From NCBI RefSeq assembly GCF_964355755.1, contig NC_092678.1:20601365-20665364 (forward strand): a stretch of 64,000 nt of DNA, given 5' to 3'. The number at the start of each line of letters is the position of its first letter. The first letter of the stretch is position 1. Made by a program: the position numbers and the translations under genes. The notes under the pieces are model-generated. The model searched no databases and had not been told where the DNA came from. It saw only the letters and a list, made by a program, of their open reading frames with translations. This document shows, piece by piece, positions 37,092 through 49,891 of this stretch. Origin of the DNA: Antedon mediterranea. Taxonomy: Eukaryota; Animalia; Echinodermata.

Positions 37092-38289
37092 AATCCTGGC
37101 AACAGTTTTCCAAAAATAAGGAAGGTACCGGTAACAGTAATCAAATACAATTACCGAAAATATCATAAACCACATTTTTCTTTACTCAAAAAGATATCCA
37201 ATATTAATTTATAAATCATCTTAAATACCTATAACATAAAAATATTTGTATGTTAGAACAGTAAATAAAACAACATTTATTAAAATGTGTTTAATTGAAC
37301 ACATTTTTATTATACTGTACCTGATTAGTAGGAGGTTATCAGGAACATACGTATAAGCAACAAAACAGACAATTTAGTGACGAGTTTAAACAAAAAGCCA
37401 AGTCGGTTTGCCCGGTGAATTTATTCACGACAATCGTGAGTGTGTGGGCTGCGCATCTGTATAAATATTTCTTTCTTTTTCTACTGTTCCGTGAGTTTCT
37501 CCATTCTCAACCAATCAGAGCTCTTGAAATTCTTTGTCATAATGTATTCAGAACACCAAGCAATTCGGCCTGCAGACAGTTTTTTTGCAGTATAGAAACG
37601 TAGTGTAAATTGTAATGTCACTAACGTTTCTATTTATTTAATTTGTTAGTTGGAAAAATAGACCCTAAAAAAATAGCATTGTCTGCACTGTAAGTATAGA
37701 CCTAAAAATTCCTACAATTTCTGGACGATAACTGGTGATGCTATCGTGCAAACAACAACAAACACATTTCCCAAGTAAAAAAAATATTTTACATGCCATA
37801 GAAATTTAGCCTGGCAGCTAGTACAAAAGCTTTGGCGGTGGCCACAATGCCAAAATCTCTCACACACTGGGCATTAGTTTGAGTTTTTTTTCTGAAGATA
37901 CTGATAAACAAAGAAATTAGCGCCTTCAAACGGTTTATACCCAATTCAATTTTGTAGAAGTCTGATCGATATTTATACTTTTTACCAATGTTCAATTAGT
38001 AACATTATAATTCATGATTGTAAGAAGGCGATTTTTTTTTAATGTGATGGTGAGAAATATATTTCCATTTTCTAAAATAATTAAACATCGTGAGCATGTC
38101 TTGTATCAAGGCAATCTAAAAATAGGATGCTGACCTCCAATGTTTATCTGTGGCTGTGACACATTCAGTTCCACGACACCGCGTGTATTTGTTGCAGCCA
38201 GACATAAGATGTTACGAGTTCCTATCTTGGCAATGTGAGTTCATTTTCCTTTGTTAGATTTCCTTGGCTGTATTGTGATAGTATCAGAG

Positions 38290-39790
38290 TATGTGGTTTA
38301 AATGAAGTACAAAAAGTAATTGGAAAATACACGCGTAAAAGATACAATGAGACTTCATTAGTAAACAATGCAGTCATAAATGTAGTTGATGTGCGTAATG
38401 TATTCGCCAAAGTAAAGCCTAGTAAAAGTACTGGCCCTGATGGAATTGGAAATCGTGTTATTAAATACTGCAACCAAGAGTTGGCACCGATATATACCAA
38501 ACTTTTTAATGAGAGTTTAGCAAGTGGTACAGTGCCCAATCAATGGAAAACGGCCTGTATCTCACCAATTCCTAAGATAAAAAATCCCAAGGAACTTAAT
38601 GACTATAGGCCAATAGCTATCACATCCAATGTTGGTAAGTGCCTAGAAAAGATTGTACTCAGGCAGTTGCTTGATCAGACCAAATTTTTTCTCGATCCTC
38701 TCCAATTTGCCTATCAGAGTAATAGAAGTGTTGAAGATGCTGTGCTCTTCCACTTACATAATATTTACCAACATTTAGATGTGCCTAAATCATATGTAAG
38801 ATGTTTGTATATAGATTTTTCTAGTGCTTTTAATACCGTTGAACCTGGTTCATTAGTACGCAAACTTAAAGAAAAGAACATAAGCGACACATTGACTTCA
38901 TGGATATATATTTTTTTAACAATATGGTTCCAGTATGTTAAACTAAACGGTATTTTATCTGATAAAAGAACTGTTACCATTGGCACGCCACAAGGGTCTG
39001 TTATCTCCCCAATGTTGTTTTCACTGTTCACCAGCAGTTTCAGAGCCAATTCAAATGAATGTTGTACAGTATAGTAAAATATGCAGATGACACAGTCATC
39101 ACTGGATACATTACTGGCAATGATGAAACAAGCTATAGACAACTAGGGTGTTATTTTTATCACTGGTTCTGCAATAACAACCTGAAACTAAACATAAAGA
39201 AAACAAAAGAAATGCAAATTGATTTTAGGAAAATTACAGAACCCTTAGAACCTCTGATTATAAATGAAAATGAGATTGAAGTAGTAAATGAGTACAAATA
39301 TCTGGGTTGCATAATTGACAATAAGCTAAATTGGATAAATAATGTAAATAAAGCCACATGCAAAGCCAACCAAAGGATGTTTATTTTAAGAAAAATGAAG
39401 TACATACAAATTGACAAAACTATACTTAAATTGTTTTATAACTCTGTAATTCTCAGTGTTTGTTTTAATGGTAATACAATGCAAAAAAATCGAATAGGAA
39501 ATAGAGCAATTAGATTAGTAGGAGAGCACTTACCTGATGTTGAATAAAGAAATTATGTTAAAAAAAGTAAAAAGTATCATTGATGATGAAACACATCTTC
39601 TTCACAAACAATTTGCTCTCATGAATTCTGGCATAGGACTACGTGCACTTAATACCAAAACAAAACGGCGGTTTAGGTGCTCATTTGTACCTAATGCTAT
39701 ACACTTATATAACTCCAGAGTACAAAGATAAAATGTAACCGCTTTTTTTTATAGCTCACGCATGTATTTTTAATGGACAATAAATGTATA
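38290..39790 (+). mobile_element. Rex1/Babar-like LINE RT, 5'-truncated and frameshifted
   Basis: KSTGPDGI, PKELNDYRPIAITS, LDPLQFAYQSNRSVEDA, IDFSSAFNT, GTPQGSVISP, KYADDT, KTKEMQIDFRK, YKYLG and SFVPNAI spread over three frames. Confidence 0.88.
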
Positions 39791-40892
39791 TTTAACTATA
39801 TGACTATGACCATTTTACATTACTAGACAATTACCTTCAATTAACTGAACCATAAACAGAATAATACATGTTTTTGTTTAACGCTAAAGCTTGAAATTGT
39901 TCGTAGGTCTATAAGAAACAAAATCAGTATAAATTAACGCAATACGTTTTAAATAACTGACATTTTACTTCAATGTATGGGCGATCTAGTAGGCCTACTG
40001 AAAATAGGCCTACTAGAAAATTTGATCACAGAATAATAAAAAAAATTAAGGAAAACAAGGAGAGACTAAAACTAAAATTAAAATACGTCGTCGGCCTACA
40101 AAAGAAAATCAACGTAAAGGTTGTATTCAACATCTGTATTCTGTTACTGTAGATTTTATAGTTAGCGTATGTTAAACTTGGCTCTATATTCTTCCCTGTT
40201 TTTGTTTCATGATTATTGGCTTTTTTTTTTCTGTTTTCTTACACGATGATTCGTTGGTACTTCTGTATATTATCATATATGATAATATTGCATACGGTAA
40301 TAAAAACACTTCACATTTCTCGCAAGAAAGACGAGAAACTTGTTTATTTGTTGCTTTATGAAGCTATCCTTCAGGCCTTGTCTTTTTAAAAATGTAGGTG
40401 TGCTACATATTGCACTCCTCAATACATTCAGTGGTGCGGTAGGTGTGCCGTTTGTATTTTGGTGTGTAGAAGTTTACAAAATGTAAGTGTGTTGTAAATC
40501 ACACATTACTCAAGGGCAGTTTAGGAGTGTGTTAGGTGTACGCACTCGCTCACCTGAAAAGAAAATGACTGATTCTTGCAGAAATTTACAGACATTTAAA
40601 ATATACACCCATGAGAGGAGATGTGGTAGAGGAAAGAGGCAAAACGTAATTTTATTTACATTCGGTTACTGGTAAACGACAGCTATATGATTATAACGTG
40701 TGGTGTACTACTATGTGATAACAGCGTGCAAATTAATAAACACACCAATGTAAATACACCGTATCATGTGACAATTTAAAGATATCAGATTTGAGATAAA
40801 AAGCTATTCAAACATAACTGGCTAGCTCCATTAGTTATTAGTATACTAGGTGGACGTTGTCGTTGCAAGAACAGAGCGCGAAACGTTCAAAC

Positions 40893-42519
40893 ATGGCTGA
40901 CCAACCTGAGTACACAGACGAAAGCACTTCGTCTTCAAAAGATAAATCAGAAAAGAAGAAGCAGAAGAAGCAGAAAAAAGAGAAAAAAGAGAAAGAACAA
41001 ACTGAACTGGTGATTCCTGATGACGTCCACATAGACATGAACGATAGAGATCCTGAGCACATTAATGAAGATGTTAAGGTAAAGTTTTGTCTACACTATC
41101 AAACCAGTTTGATGTGCCCAAATATGGTAGTGATATGCCCAGATATGGTAGTGATATGATATCTTCATGTCCATATATAGGCACATATTGCAATTATGTA
41201 GACTGCAGCTGTATACTCCGGTGGCCATATTCACCATCCACACTCATCGGCTAAGGGAAACGCTTTTGTGATTTGGTGAATACGGCCACTGTTCTTTAAT
41301 GCTTTGTATTTATGTAGGCCTCCCGGTAGGCCTACTATCGTGAAATTTGAAATTCATCAACAACATAATCCATAACAGAGGCGGGTGTTTTGCTCTCTTA
41401 ACTGTGAACATTAATTGTATAGGGTCTTAAGTTGTAATTGAGTAGGCCTTGCCTTATTAACAATGCATGTGAACCACTTCTTTTAATAATAACGTTAACG
41501 GACGTGCCGGAATGTGGTAAAAAATAATCATCATTGTGAAATGCCAAACATTCAAACCTAATCACAACTTCAACCTTAGCTATCACCGTAGATAGGGGTG
41601 GGTCCACACTAAACTAATATTTAGCGATACAGATTAGGATTAAATTCATTCATGACAACACATTTACAAAAAACTAATACTGATCTTCCACATCAGATGG
41701 ACACTTAGTCGATACAACATGACAAGATGTATTACTATCGATTAAAATAGTATAGGCCTACTTGCTTTTATACATGTTTTTTTATTATTTACATTACTAA
41801 CTGACCCTATTGTGTTAAAGTGAGTGGATAATATAATATAAAACAATATTGGTTCCAATGGTCTTATCTGATGAACTTATCAATAGCTAAGATAAAAAGT
41901 ATACACGTTTGACAAATAAACAACACTTGACACTTTCCAATACTTGTACAATTATAAAAAGGGGAGTGTCAGAAAGAATACTGACATTGTTCAATATTGT
42001 AGGGTTTGTCTTACTTACAAAAGTGTTAATAGAACAACATTAGAACGCTTAAGCTCTGTCTACACTATCAAACTTTATGTGACAACAAAATATGATGACC
42101 TCATATCACCACCATACAAAATTCAAAGTCTTTAATACATCAAAATAACTTTGATAAAATGAATACATGTTTTCTTGTAGGTTGCTTTCGAAGATATATT
42201 CGCCGAGCCAGAAGACCTCCACAGTCAAGACAAGACTTGGCTGAAAAGCTATCAGACATTCCGAGGAACAAAATCCTGGTGTTACAACTGTCTGACATCG
42301 ATCTGCGCCATACCAGCTGCGTTCTGTTGGGGTCTTGAATTTGCTTGTCTGAGTTTCTATCACATCTGGTGTGCCGTCCCGTGTCTCCATGACTTCAAGA
42401 TTTTCTTGAAGTGTACTGGTGAGATCTGGTCTATCTGTATACACACCTTCTTTGATCCATGCTATTCTTCTGTCGCTTTGACGTTTTCAAGAATTAATGT
42501 GGATTTTCATCAAGCCTGA
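40893..42519 (+). CDS. CAV: Caveolin (174 aa, 2 coding exons)
   Basis: Exon 40893-41078 (MADQPEY...DMNDRDPEHINEDVK, then gt) and exon 42181-42519 (VAFEDIFAEPEDLHSQDKTWLKSYQTFRGTKSWCYNCLTSICAIPAAFCWGLEFACLSFYHIWCAVPC...FSRINVDFHQA-TGA). Contains the DRDP motif, caveolin signature FEDIFAEP (cf. FEDVIAEP), scaffolding domain and intramembrane segment. The intron sits just before the signature motif. Confidence 0.95.
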
Positions 42520-44439
42520 CAGAAAGAATTGTTCCGGAAAGCAGAGCACACAATCTTTAAAAACAATGAATTAATCATAATCACACTACCATTACGTAAT
42601 TTATTATTTATAATTAATTATAATAATTAACCAATTAAACAATATAGGGATATACTCTTTGATCTCCGGAGCTCACCATCCTGGTGTTATATTTTCTTGA
42701 TACAAGAAATGCTCATGATATATATAATGAATTGCATGTTTTTAGAAAAATGGAAATATATTTCCCACAATCACATTTTTTCCAATCTCCTGCTTACAAT
42801 CATGGCATGGCATTATCATTTTAATTTCGGATAATGATTTACTAAATAATAGTTATGTTCACTGTGACTTTGTATCTACAATATGACTTATGTTACTGAT
42901 TGAACTGCGGTAAAGTAGAGAAATATCGATCAGAATTCTACAATTGAATTAGGTATAAAATAATAACCGTTTAATACACAGTACCCTTTCAATTATGTTG
43001 TAAGAACTATTAATTACTGTCATCCGTATCTATAATTTCAAAAGCACGTACGTTTTTTTAAAATGTAAATAAAAAAAGAAACCAATGCACAGTGTATGAG
43101 AGATATTTTGGGATTGTGCCCACACCACAGCTTTTGCACAAATTTTGCTAAAATGTCTATGGCAGGTGAAATAACTTCTTTGCTTGGCAAAATAAAATTT
43201 GCTCAAGTATATAATACATTTGTTCGTTTGTTTGTTGTTTGTTTGCACGATAGCATGTGACAGTTAATGGTTCTGAAATAACAGTGCAGGAAATGCTATT
43301 TATGTAATTTCTCTTTCATTAGCGAATATTCACGCGAATCGAACATTCCTGAGTTATAGTTGCGCAGTTTTTTCACAAAAGTAGATGAATATATTAATAC
43401 GCATGCGCATTAGTGAGCACTTCAGATTCGCGAGAAAATGGGAGATCAATGACACAACTCTGGTGCGTCAACTCAGTGTTATGCTTTCTATACTCAACAC
43501 AAGAAATGCTTAAGCGTCATGAATCCAAACCTTCGCACTGTTTTCGCAAAAGCGAGGATAATCAGGTGAACAACAAACTTGTTTTTCCATGATAAAAACT
43601 AAAATATTTTTAACCACATGAAGCACAACGTAAATAGAAACCCGTAGCGCGTCCCAAACGACAGAGGGCGGTAAATACAAACTCAATACACAGAGCTATT
43701 ATTTAAATACTGCCCTCCTTTTCTCCACACTGTCTATCATATTAATATTATAATATGTATATTGTGCACTGAAAAACCAAAACAGTGACGCTCAGCTGCA
43801 TTTGCCAGACTGGATAGCTTGTTTTATTAGAAAAAAATGTTAACAAATCGAAGATAAACGTCTCTTGCCCATAAAATATTGCAGTTACCAATATTAGAAA
43901 AACATAGAGGGCGGCATACAAATACCTACAAACAAAAAGTATTACGTTACTCGAATCAAACTCTGTTAATTTGGTGTAAGAACAAAAGATATAGAAAATA
44001 ATCTTTATTTTAGAGAGAGCTATAAGACACAAACATCGGTGCCCTTTTTTTCAGAACATCTAATAATATTAATTATCAACTCTATGTTCGGACCGTCTCG
44101 TCTGTATGATTAAGCAATAACGCCTTCAAAATCGAATTTGTCAAATAGGTAATTTTTAGATATAAGCCTACTATAGGTATTCAGAATTAATAATTTTTGT
44201 TAAAATATCGTTAAAATAGTTTCGTAATTGAATCAAAGTATCTAACAATTTTTAAATACATTTTTGGTACGAAAAGCCTCTAAGTGTCTCCTGCGCCCCT
44301 TCTGGCTTGTTGACAAATACAAACAGGATGTAAAATTCACAACATTTATGTGAATTTTTGTAATCGATGAACAAAACCACATTTAGTGAATAAAAGAAAG
44401 AAATTATGCAGAGTATCCGCTAATTTCTAGTTTATTAGT

Positions 44440-44580
44440 AGTGTGTGTTGTCACCTATGACCTTACATGACGTCATCCGAGAGAGCCGATTTTTTTTTTA
44501 AACTCGAGGCGCCCTTCAAAACAGAATCAAAACCCGTCGCGAATTTTTATGATGGCCGCCAAGGAGAAAACTGTAATGTG
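44440..44580 (+). promoter_or_regulatory. Probable promoter / first exon region of KMT2E
   Basis: Locally CpG-richer patch with a perfect CRE palindrome TGACGTCA (44468-44475), a YY1-like ATGGCCGCC (44552-44560) and candidate donors (gtaatg 44573, gtatgt 44580). It lies upstream of the acceptor (ends 49792) of the start-codon exon, which needs an upstream exon. Confidence 0.45.
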
Positions 44581-47500
44581 TATGTAGGCTTTGGAATAAC
44601 TGATTGGTACGAAACTTGGATGAAATTAAAATTAGCACTGAAATAAATTATGTACCGCCACGAAAACACGTAGAATATAATATCGGTAGGTTATCGTTTT
44701 GTTAAATATGAAAATGAATGGTATTTAAGCGTGTGCATTATCTACTGGAGTGATTTAGTTTTGACTTTCTCACGAAACATTTCAAATGTTGACCGGCTTA
44801 CCGCGTAGGCCTAGTACATAGTAGTAGGCCTAGGCTGGTGGTAGTTGTTTGTTTCCTACTGCTGTGTACCTATCCAGACCACTGCCAGAGAGGAGTGGGT
44901 GTTGGTATACATATGCCTAGCCTAAGATCTAGGGATGAGGGCCGAGTTGATTAGAAGCGACCTGTATATAGGCCTAGGCTAGTAGTAGTAGTGCATTGTG
45001 CATTGAATGGTAAAAAAGTTATTGTTATTATTCCACTGCTGCTGGAGTGGAGAATGGAGGTGGTACGGTCTTACCGTCATTTTGCATGCATTGTTTGTTT
45101 TACCTACTCAGACTACCCCCACTCAGGAGAGGTGTGTCATTTGTCCAATGCAGGTCATACCTTATGAATACCATGACGCACCCCTGCATAAAAAAGGTGA
45201 CTTTACTTTTAGGTGACAATCATTTACGTACCCATTTTCTTTTGACGCATTGATTGTGTTTGTGACAGTGTTGTTAATGGTGGTAGGTGATAAAGTGACT
45301 GACATTGACACACCATTGGTGACGTATCATTTAGGTTTTTTGACACACTCCTGCATCATTAATTATTGGTAAATGACCCACCTCTCCCAGGGGTAGTATA
45401 GGCCCTAATGCATTTTGTATATTTACTGTGCAACATCACATCATCTAGATAATAATACCCAATGAATACAAGGCTACAGATTAATTATTAAATTTATCTC
45501 GCTGAAGTAAAGTATTAGGCCTAGTAGTGGTCCGATTCCCCCACGATCCCTTCTACAATAGATATAACTAATGTTATTTATAGCATGTCCTTCAAATTTA
45601 TATCATTGGACAATTATACACCGACTAACAAACACATTATATAATCAGCTACAGTATTAAATCTTTGTTAAACAGTAAACAAATGCCAATCATCCAATCA
45701 TAAAAAAGCTTTAGTTTGATGGAAACCACAATTATCTTTGTTGTCAAATGTTTATACACTATTATTGATCTCGATGTTTTTTCCTTTTTTCCTCCTATTT
45801 CTCGTCACAAATTTGATCTATGCTCGAACTGTCTGTTTTCAATCTTCACTCTTTCCTAGATTCTGTTACGTTTGGAATGGTCTTCCTTGGCAAGTTTCGG
45901 GAATTTGAGACTAGTCTTCGCCAACACTATTTCCATTTCTAATTTCTCCTCTCCTTGCTTCTCTTCCTTTTGATTTTCCCTGGTCTGCTGTATTTTTTAC
46001 ATAACGTCTTAGATATTAATTTATCTAACCATTTTTTTTCTTAATTTTGCTATTTTAATTTTTTTTTTTTACCATTTATATTATATTTATATTATATTTT
46101 ATTTCTGTAAAGGAAAGTCTTTACACACTGATTGGGTTCGCTTTTGGCAATCCTGACTTTTTGTTTCTTTTTGTATTTTTATGTATTCTGTTGTAATTGT
46201 AATAAAGACGATATTGAATTTAAAATCGAATCAAAAGCCCAGAATATTTAATGATCCTCCTTCCATGTAACTTTGCTACTTTAGTTAACCACATGACCAA
46301 GGCAGGAAGTTGTTGAACAAACCTGGAAACACTGTTGCAGAAAGTAAAGCTATCTCTACACTATCAAACTTTATGTGGAAAAAAGGGTGATGTGCCCATG
46401 TACTGTATATGGACATAATGATGTCATCACTACCATATTTGGGCACATCACACTAGTTTGATAGTGTAGAGACAGAGCTTTATAAACACAATCGGTGTTA
46501 TTAGTAAATTTTATTAAAGCAAAAATTATGTTTTGATTATCAAATCTAATTATAGTATTATTTGCAGGGTGAATTATTTAATTAGTTATATGATTTATTT
46601 TTGACAGATAATCCAATCTGCTTTTTTGCTGTCACTAGAAAAATAAAACACAAGTTTTTATTTTTGTTAATATTTGTTCGCTTTTCCTCATCCAACCAAG
46701 CACAAATTGGCTTATGATTTTTTTAATTGTTTTAACTTAAGTATATATCCAATGTGAATTTAGAAGTACCTGGTACAAATTTGACTTAAGTATGAGAACA
46801 AACATTGACTGTTTGTCAATTTGTTATGATGCATGGGTTTTCAATTTGTTCAGTTTTATAGTATAAAAAAAATAACTTAACTGTAACCCATCTAGTTTAT
46901 ATAAGGAATAAGGAAAATTAAATGAATGTAATCTATAATTATATTTATATTATATTATGAAGTAGTCAACATACTGTACTAAAAACTAACAAAAAGACAG
47001 TGGTTTTTTGGTTGCGTTTGACACACTCCAGACAGTAAATTTTGCTTAATACTAAGTACAATTATTATATTATCAGACCTTTTTCAAGTATGCACAAGGA
47101 GTGTGTTAATTACCGCCAGACCAGACAAACATTTGTTACGATTTTGCTGTTATGTAATGTCCACCTTATGTTAAAATGGGAACTTTACATATTTATTTCA
47201 GATATCCAATATTTCTCTGCTGTTTCATCATTTAAAAAAATCTTTTTTTTTGTGTGTGTTCTTTAACATGTATTAAATGTAAACAATTAGTTTTTGCTAG
47301 TGCTGTAGCAGTTCAGTCTGTAAACTGCTGGTTTAAATTAAAGACTAACCTCCATAGACTTAGGGGGTCTCTTATGACTGGCCTGGTCAAGGGTTCTCAT
47401 TAATAATACTAGTCATCTGATGTACTGTAAGAATGGGAGTTGCAATGATGTAATTGAAGTAGAATATTATGTATAGGCACTTAATGTGAATGCTCCCAGT

Positions 47501-48917
47501 AACTGTACAAGCCTGGAGTAGTTACACTACAGTATCATAACCAAAAACATCCACTAATGTCCTTCAATTGCAAAATTTTAGTCGATCAAAGCAAAGAAAT
47601 ACATTACAATACAGACTCAGTATGTCCACAACTGTTAGTGTTATAGCATTAGTTTTATAGCATTCATTCTTCAGACATAATAAAATAAATAAATAAATTA
47701 ACAATGTATAGTGTGTACTGTTAATGGTAATAATAAGAGGTAGAATATGTGGTTAACAAGTTTGCTTAATATAACCAAGTACTAAGTTCGAATCCAAACA
47801 CTGCCACAGTTAATAATGTCACCATGATAACGGGTCCAGTTAAAAATGTTACCAAGTTAGGGGCTTTAAGCCTAATCAATTAATTAGGTGTTCATTTGTT
47901 GAAATAAAAATGATTATTTTCTTGAAATCCAACATAAAATCTTGTTAGTTACCAATGGTAGAGCCAGCATATTTGTTCTCTTTCATCACAATTCTCATAT
48001 ACAGTATACAGTAATAATGATTTTTGGGCTGATGGTTTTCACCGACAATATTATTTATAGAAGCTGCAAGCAATTGTTTATACATATACACAGTGTTATT
48101 TCATCAGCAATATTTACTGTAGTAGGTAAGTACTGTAAATCATTTTAATTTGGAAACCACAACATGTACATGAACACTAATAGGGGCTACACTTGAATTT
48201 TACATTAAAAGTACATTGATTTTCTTTTTAAATATTTTTAGTGTAATGGTTTTGGATCCATCAAACTTTTGTTTTTAAAATGTCCATTTGTTACTGTAGA
48301 GTTGATTAAATAATGATTTAAACATGCTACTGGATGCTGTTCAGTAATTCACTCTATAATATATTTTAGAGGTCAGGTTGACTTTACTTCCCACAATGCA
48401 ACAATTGTATGACTCATCACAGTTGTGTGTTTACTACAGTACAGAGGATGTTTATTTTCCAGGCTAATAATTTTTAGATTTGACACTGTATAATATAGTG
48501 TATACTGTACTATACTATAGAATTTACAATGAAAATATAATTCTAGATGCTTAATTTTTTAGTGTATAATAACATTTTTGTATTAAAATTTAATATTAAG
48601 TATTGCACAGAAATAATAAATGTATGGATACACACACAGACATTTATTAACTGTAAATATTAAAGTACTCGAAAATATGCTGTGGTCTAGTATTGAATGA
48701 ATGCTAAGTTGTACAATACAGCAGGATCTATCTTTAATGAGTAGAATAGGTGAGCAGTGAAGCGTGACCGCTTGTTCATCTGCATTTCAATGGGCCTATT
48801 ATAATGCTAACAAAGAATTTGTATTGAACTGTAGCTCAATAATTCCCTTTGTTGGCATTTAAACTTCAAAATTTACCTACTGTATGACAGCTAATGGGTA
48901 TAGTACAGACTAGTAGA

Positions 48918-49185
48918 TACTGTGAATCTACCACCATTCACCACAAAGAAATTACTGTGAATCTACCACCATTCACCACAAAGAAATTACTGTGAATCTA
49001 CCACCATTCACCACAAAGAAATTACTGTGAATCTACCACCATTCACCACAAAGAAATTACTGTGAATCTACCACCATTCACCACAAAGAAATTACTGTGA
49101 ATCTACCGCCATTCACCACAAAGAAATTACTGTGAATCTACCACCATTCACCACAAAGAAATTACTGTGAATCTACCACCATTCA
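48918..49185. repeat. 35-bp minisatellite, ~7.7 near-identical copies
   Basis: Unit TACTGTGAATCTACCACCATTCACCACAAAGAAAT, head to tail with no spacers. Confidence 0.95.
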
Positions 49186-49816
49186 TGGTTTTAACTATTC
49201 TGTAGAATTTTCACTGTAAATTGTGTATACAGCAATACATTTGCATTAATTTATACAAATGGTGAATTTTAATGCATTGAATAATCAAAATAAAAATAAT
49301 AAATAATGCATTAAATATTCAATATTATTATAACTAAATTAATAATTAATAAATAATTATACAGAATCCGTAACTACTGTACAGTAGGCTGTGGTGAAAT
49401 AGATTTATAATTAATATTCTGCTATTCAAGGCTCACATCAACAATTTACATTGTCTGATATTAACATTGAATAGAACATTGGCATAAATTGGTCCGCTAT
49501 CCATCTACACCTAGACGAAGTGATACAAATACTTTATCATACCGTCCTTACCATGATAAGACAATGTTGTTAATAGTCAGTCTGTTTATAGTTTTTACTT
49601 TTGGTAATTGGTAGTCTAAATTACTTTATCACTGCAAGCATACCTCCATGGCATAGCTGTATCATTAATATATTATGGAGGTATTACTACAGTGTATTTA
49701 TTTTATTCGTGCCTAGCTTACTCGGATAAACCAACAATTGCCCATGTTGAGTCTCTTATGTTCTAATTTAGACTATTTTTGTATTTTCACAGACACACCC
49801 ACCTGCAAAGGTAGCC

Positions 49817-49891
49817 ATGTCCTTTGACCCGGGGGTAAAGTCTAGCAACCTTACCCCAGCGCCAGTTCAACAATGGTCAATAAATGCGTAA
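49817..49891 (+). other. uORF (24 aa, MSFDPGVKSSNLTPAPVQQWSINA) whose TAA overlaps the KMT2E ATG
   Basis: GCCATG at 49814-49819, open to TAA 49889-49891; main ATG 49891-49893 (TAATG). Confidence 0.6.

Noticed and set aside
42106-42444. 112-aa minus-strand ORF and other antisense ORFs over exons or LINEs (e.g. 7745-8296, 38765-39142, 58189-58473)
   Set aside because: Shadow ORFs of real plus-strand coding sequence.
45800-46210. Possible additional gene fragment
   Set aside because: Only faint YART..F..S.FP..WNGLP similarity to a decayed CR1/L2 3' end; too weak to annotate.
48918-49185. 35-bp repeats as a CRISPR array
   Set aside because: Units are head to tail with no unique spacers, there are no cas genes, and the context is a eukaryotic intron: a minisatellite.
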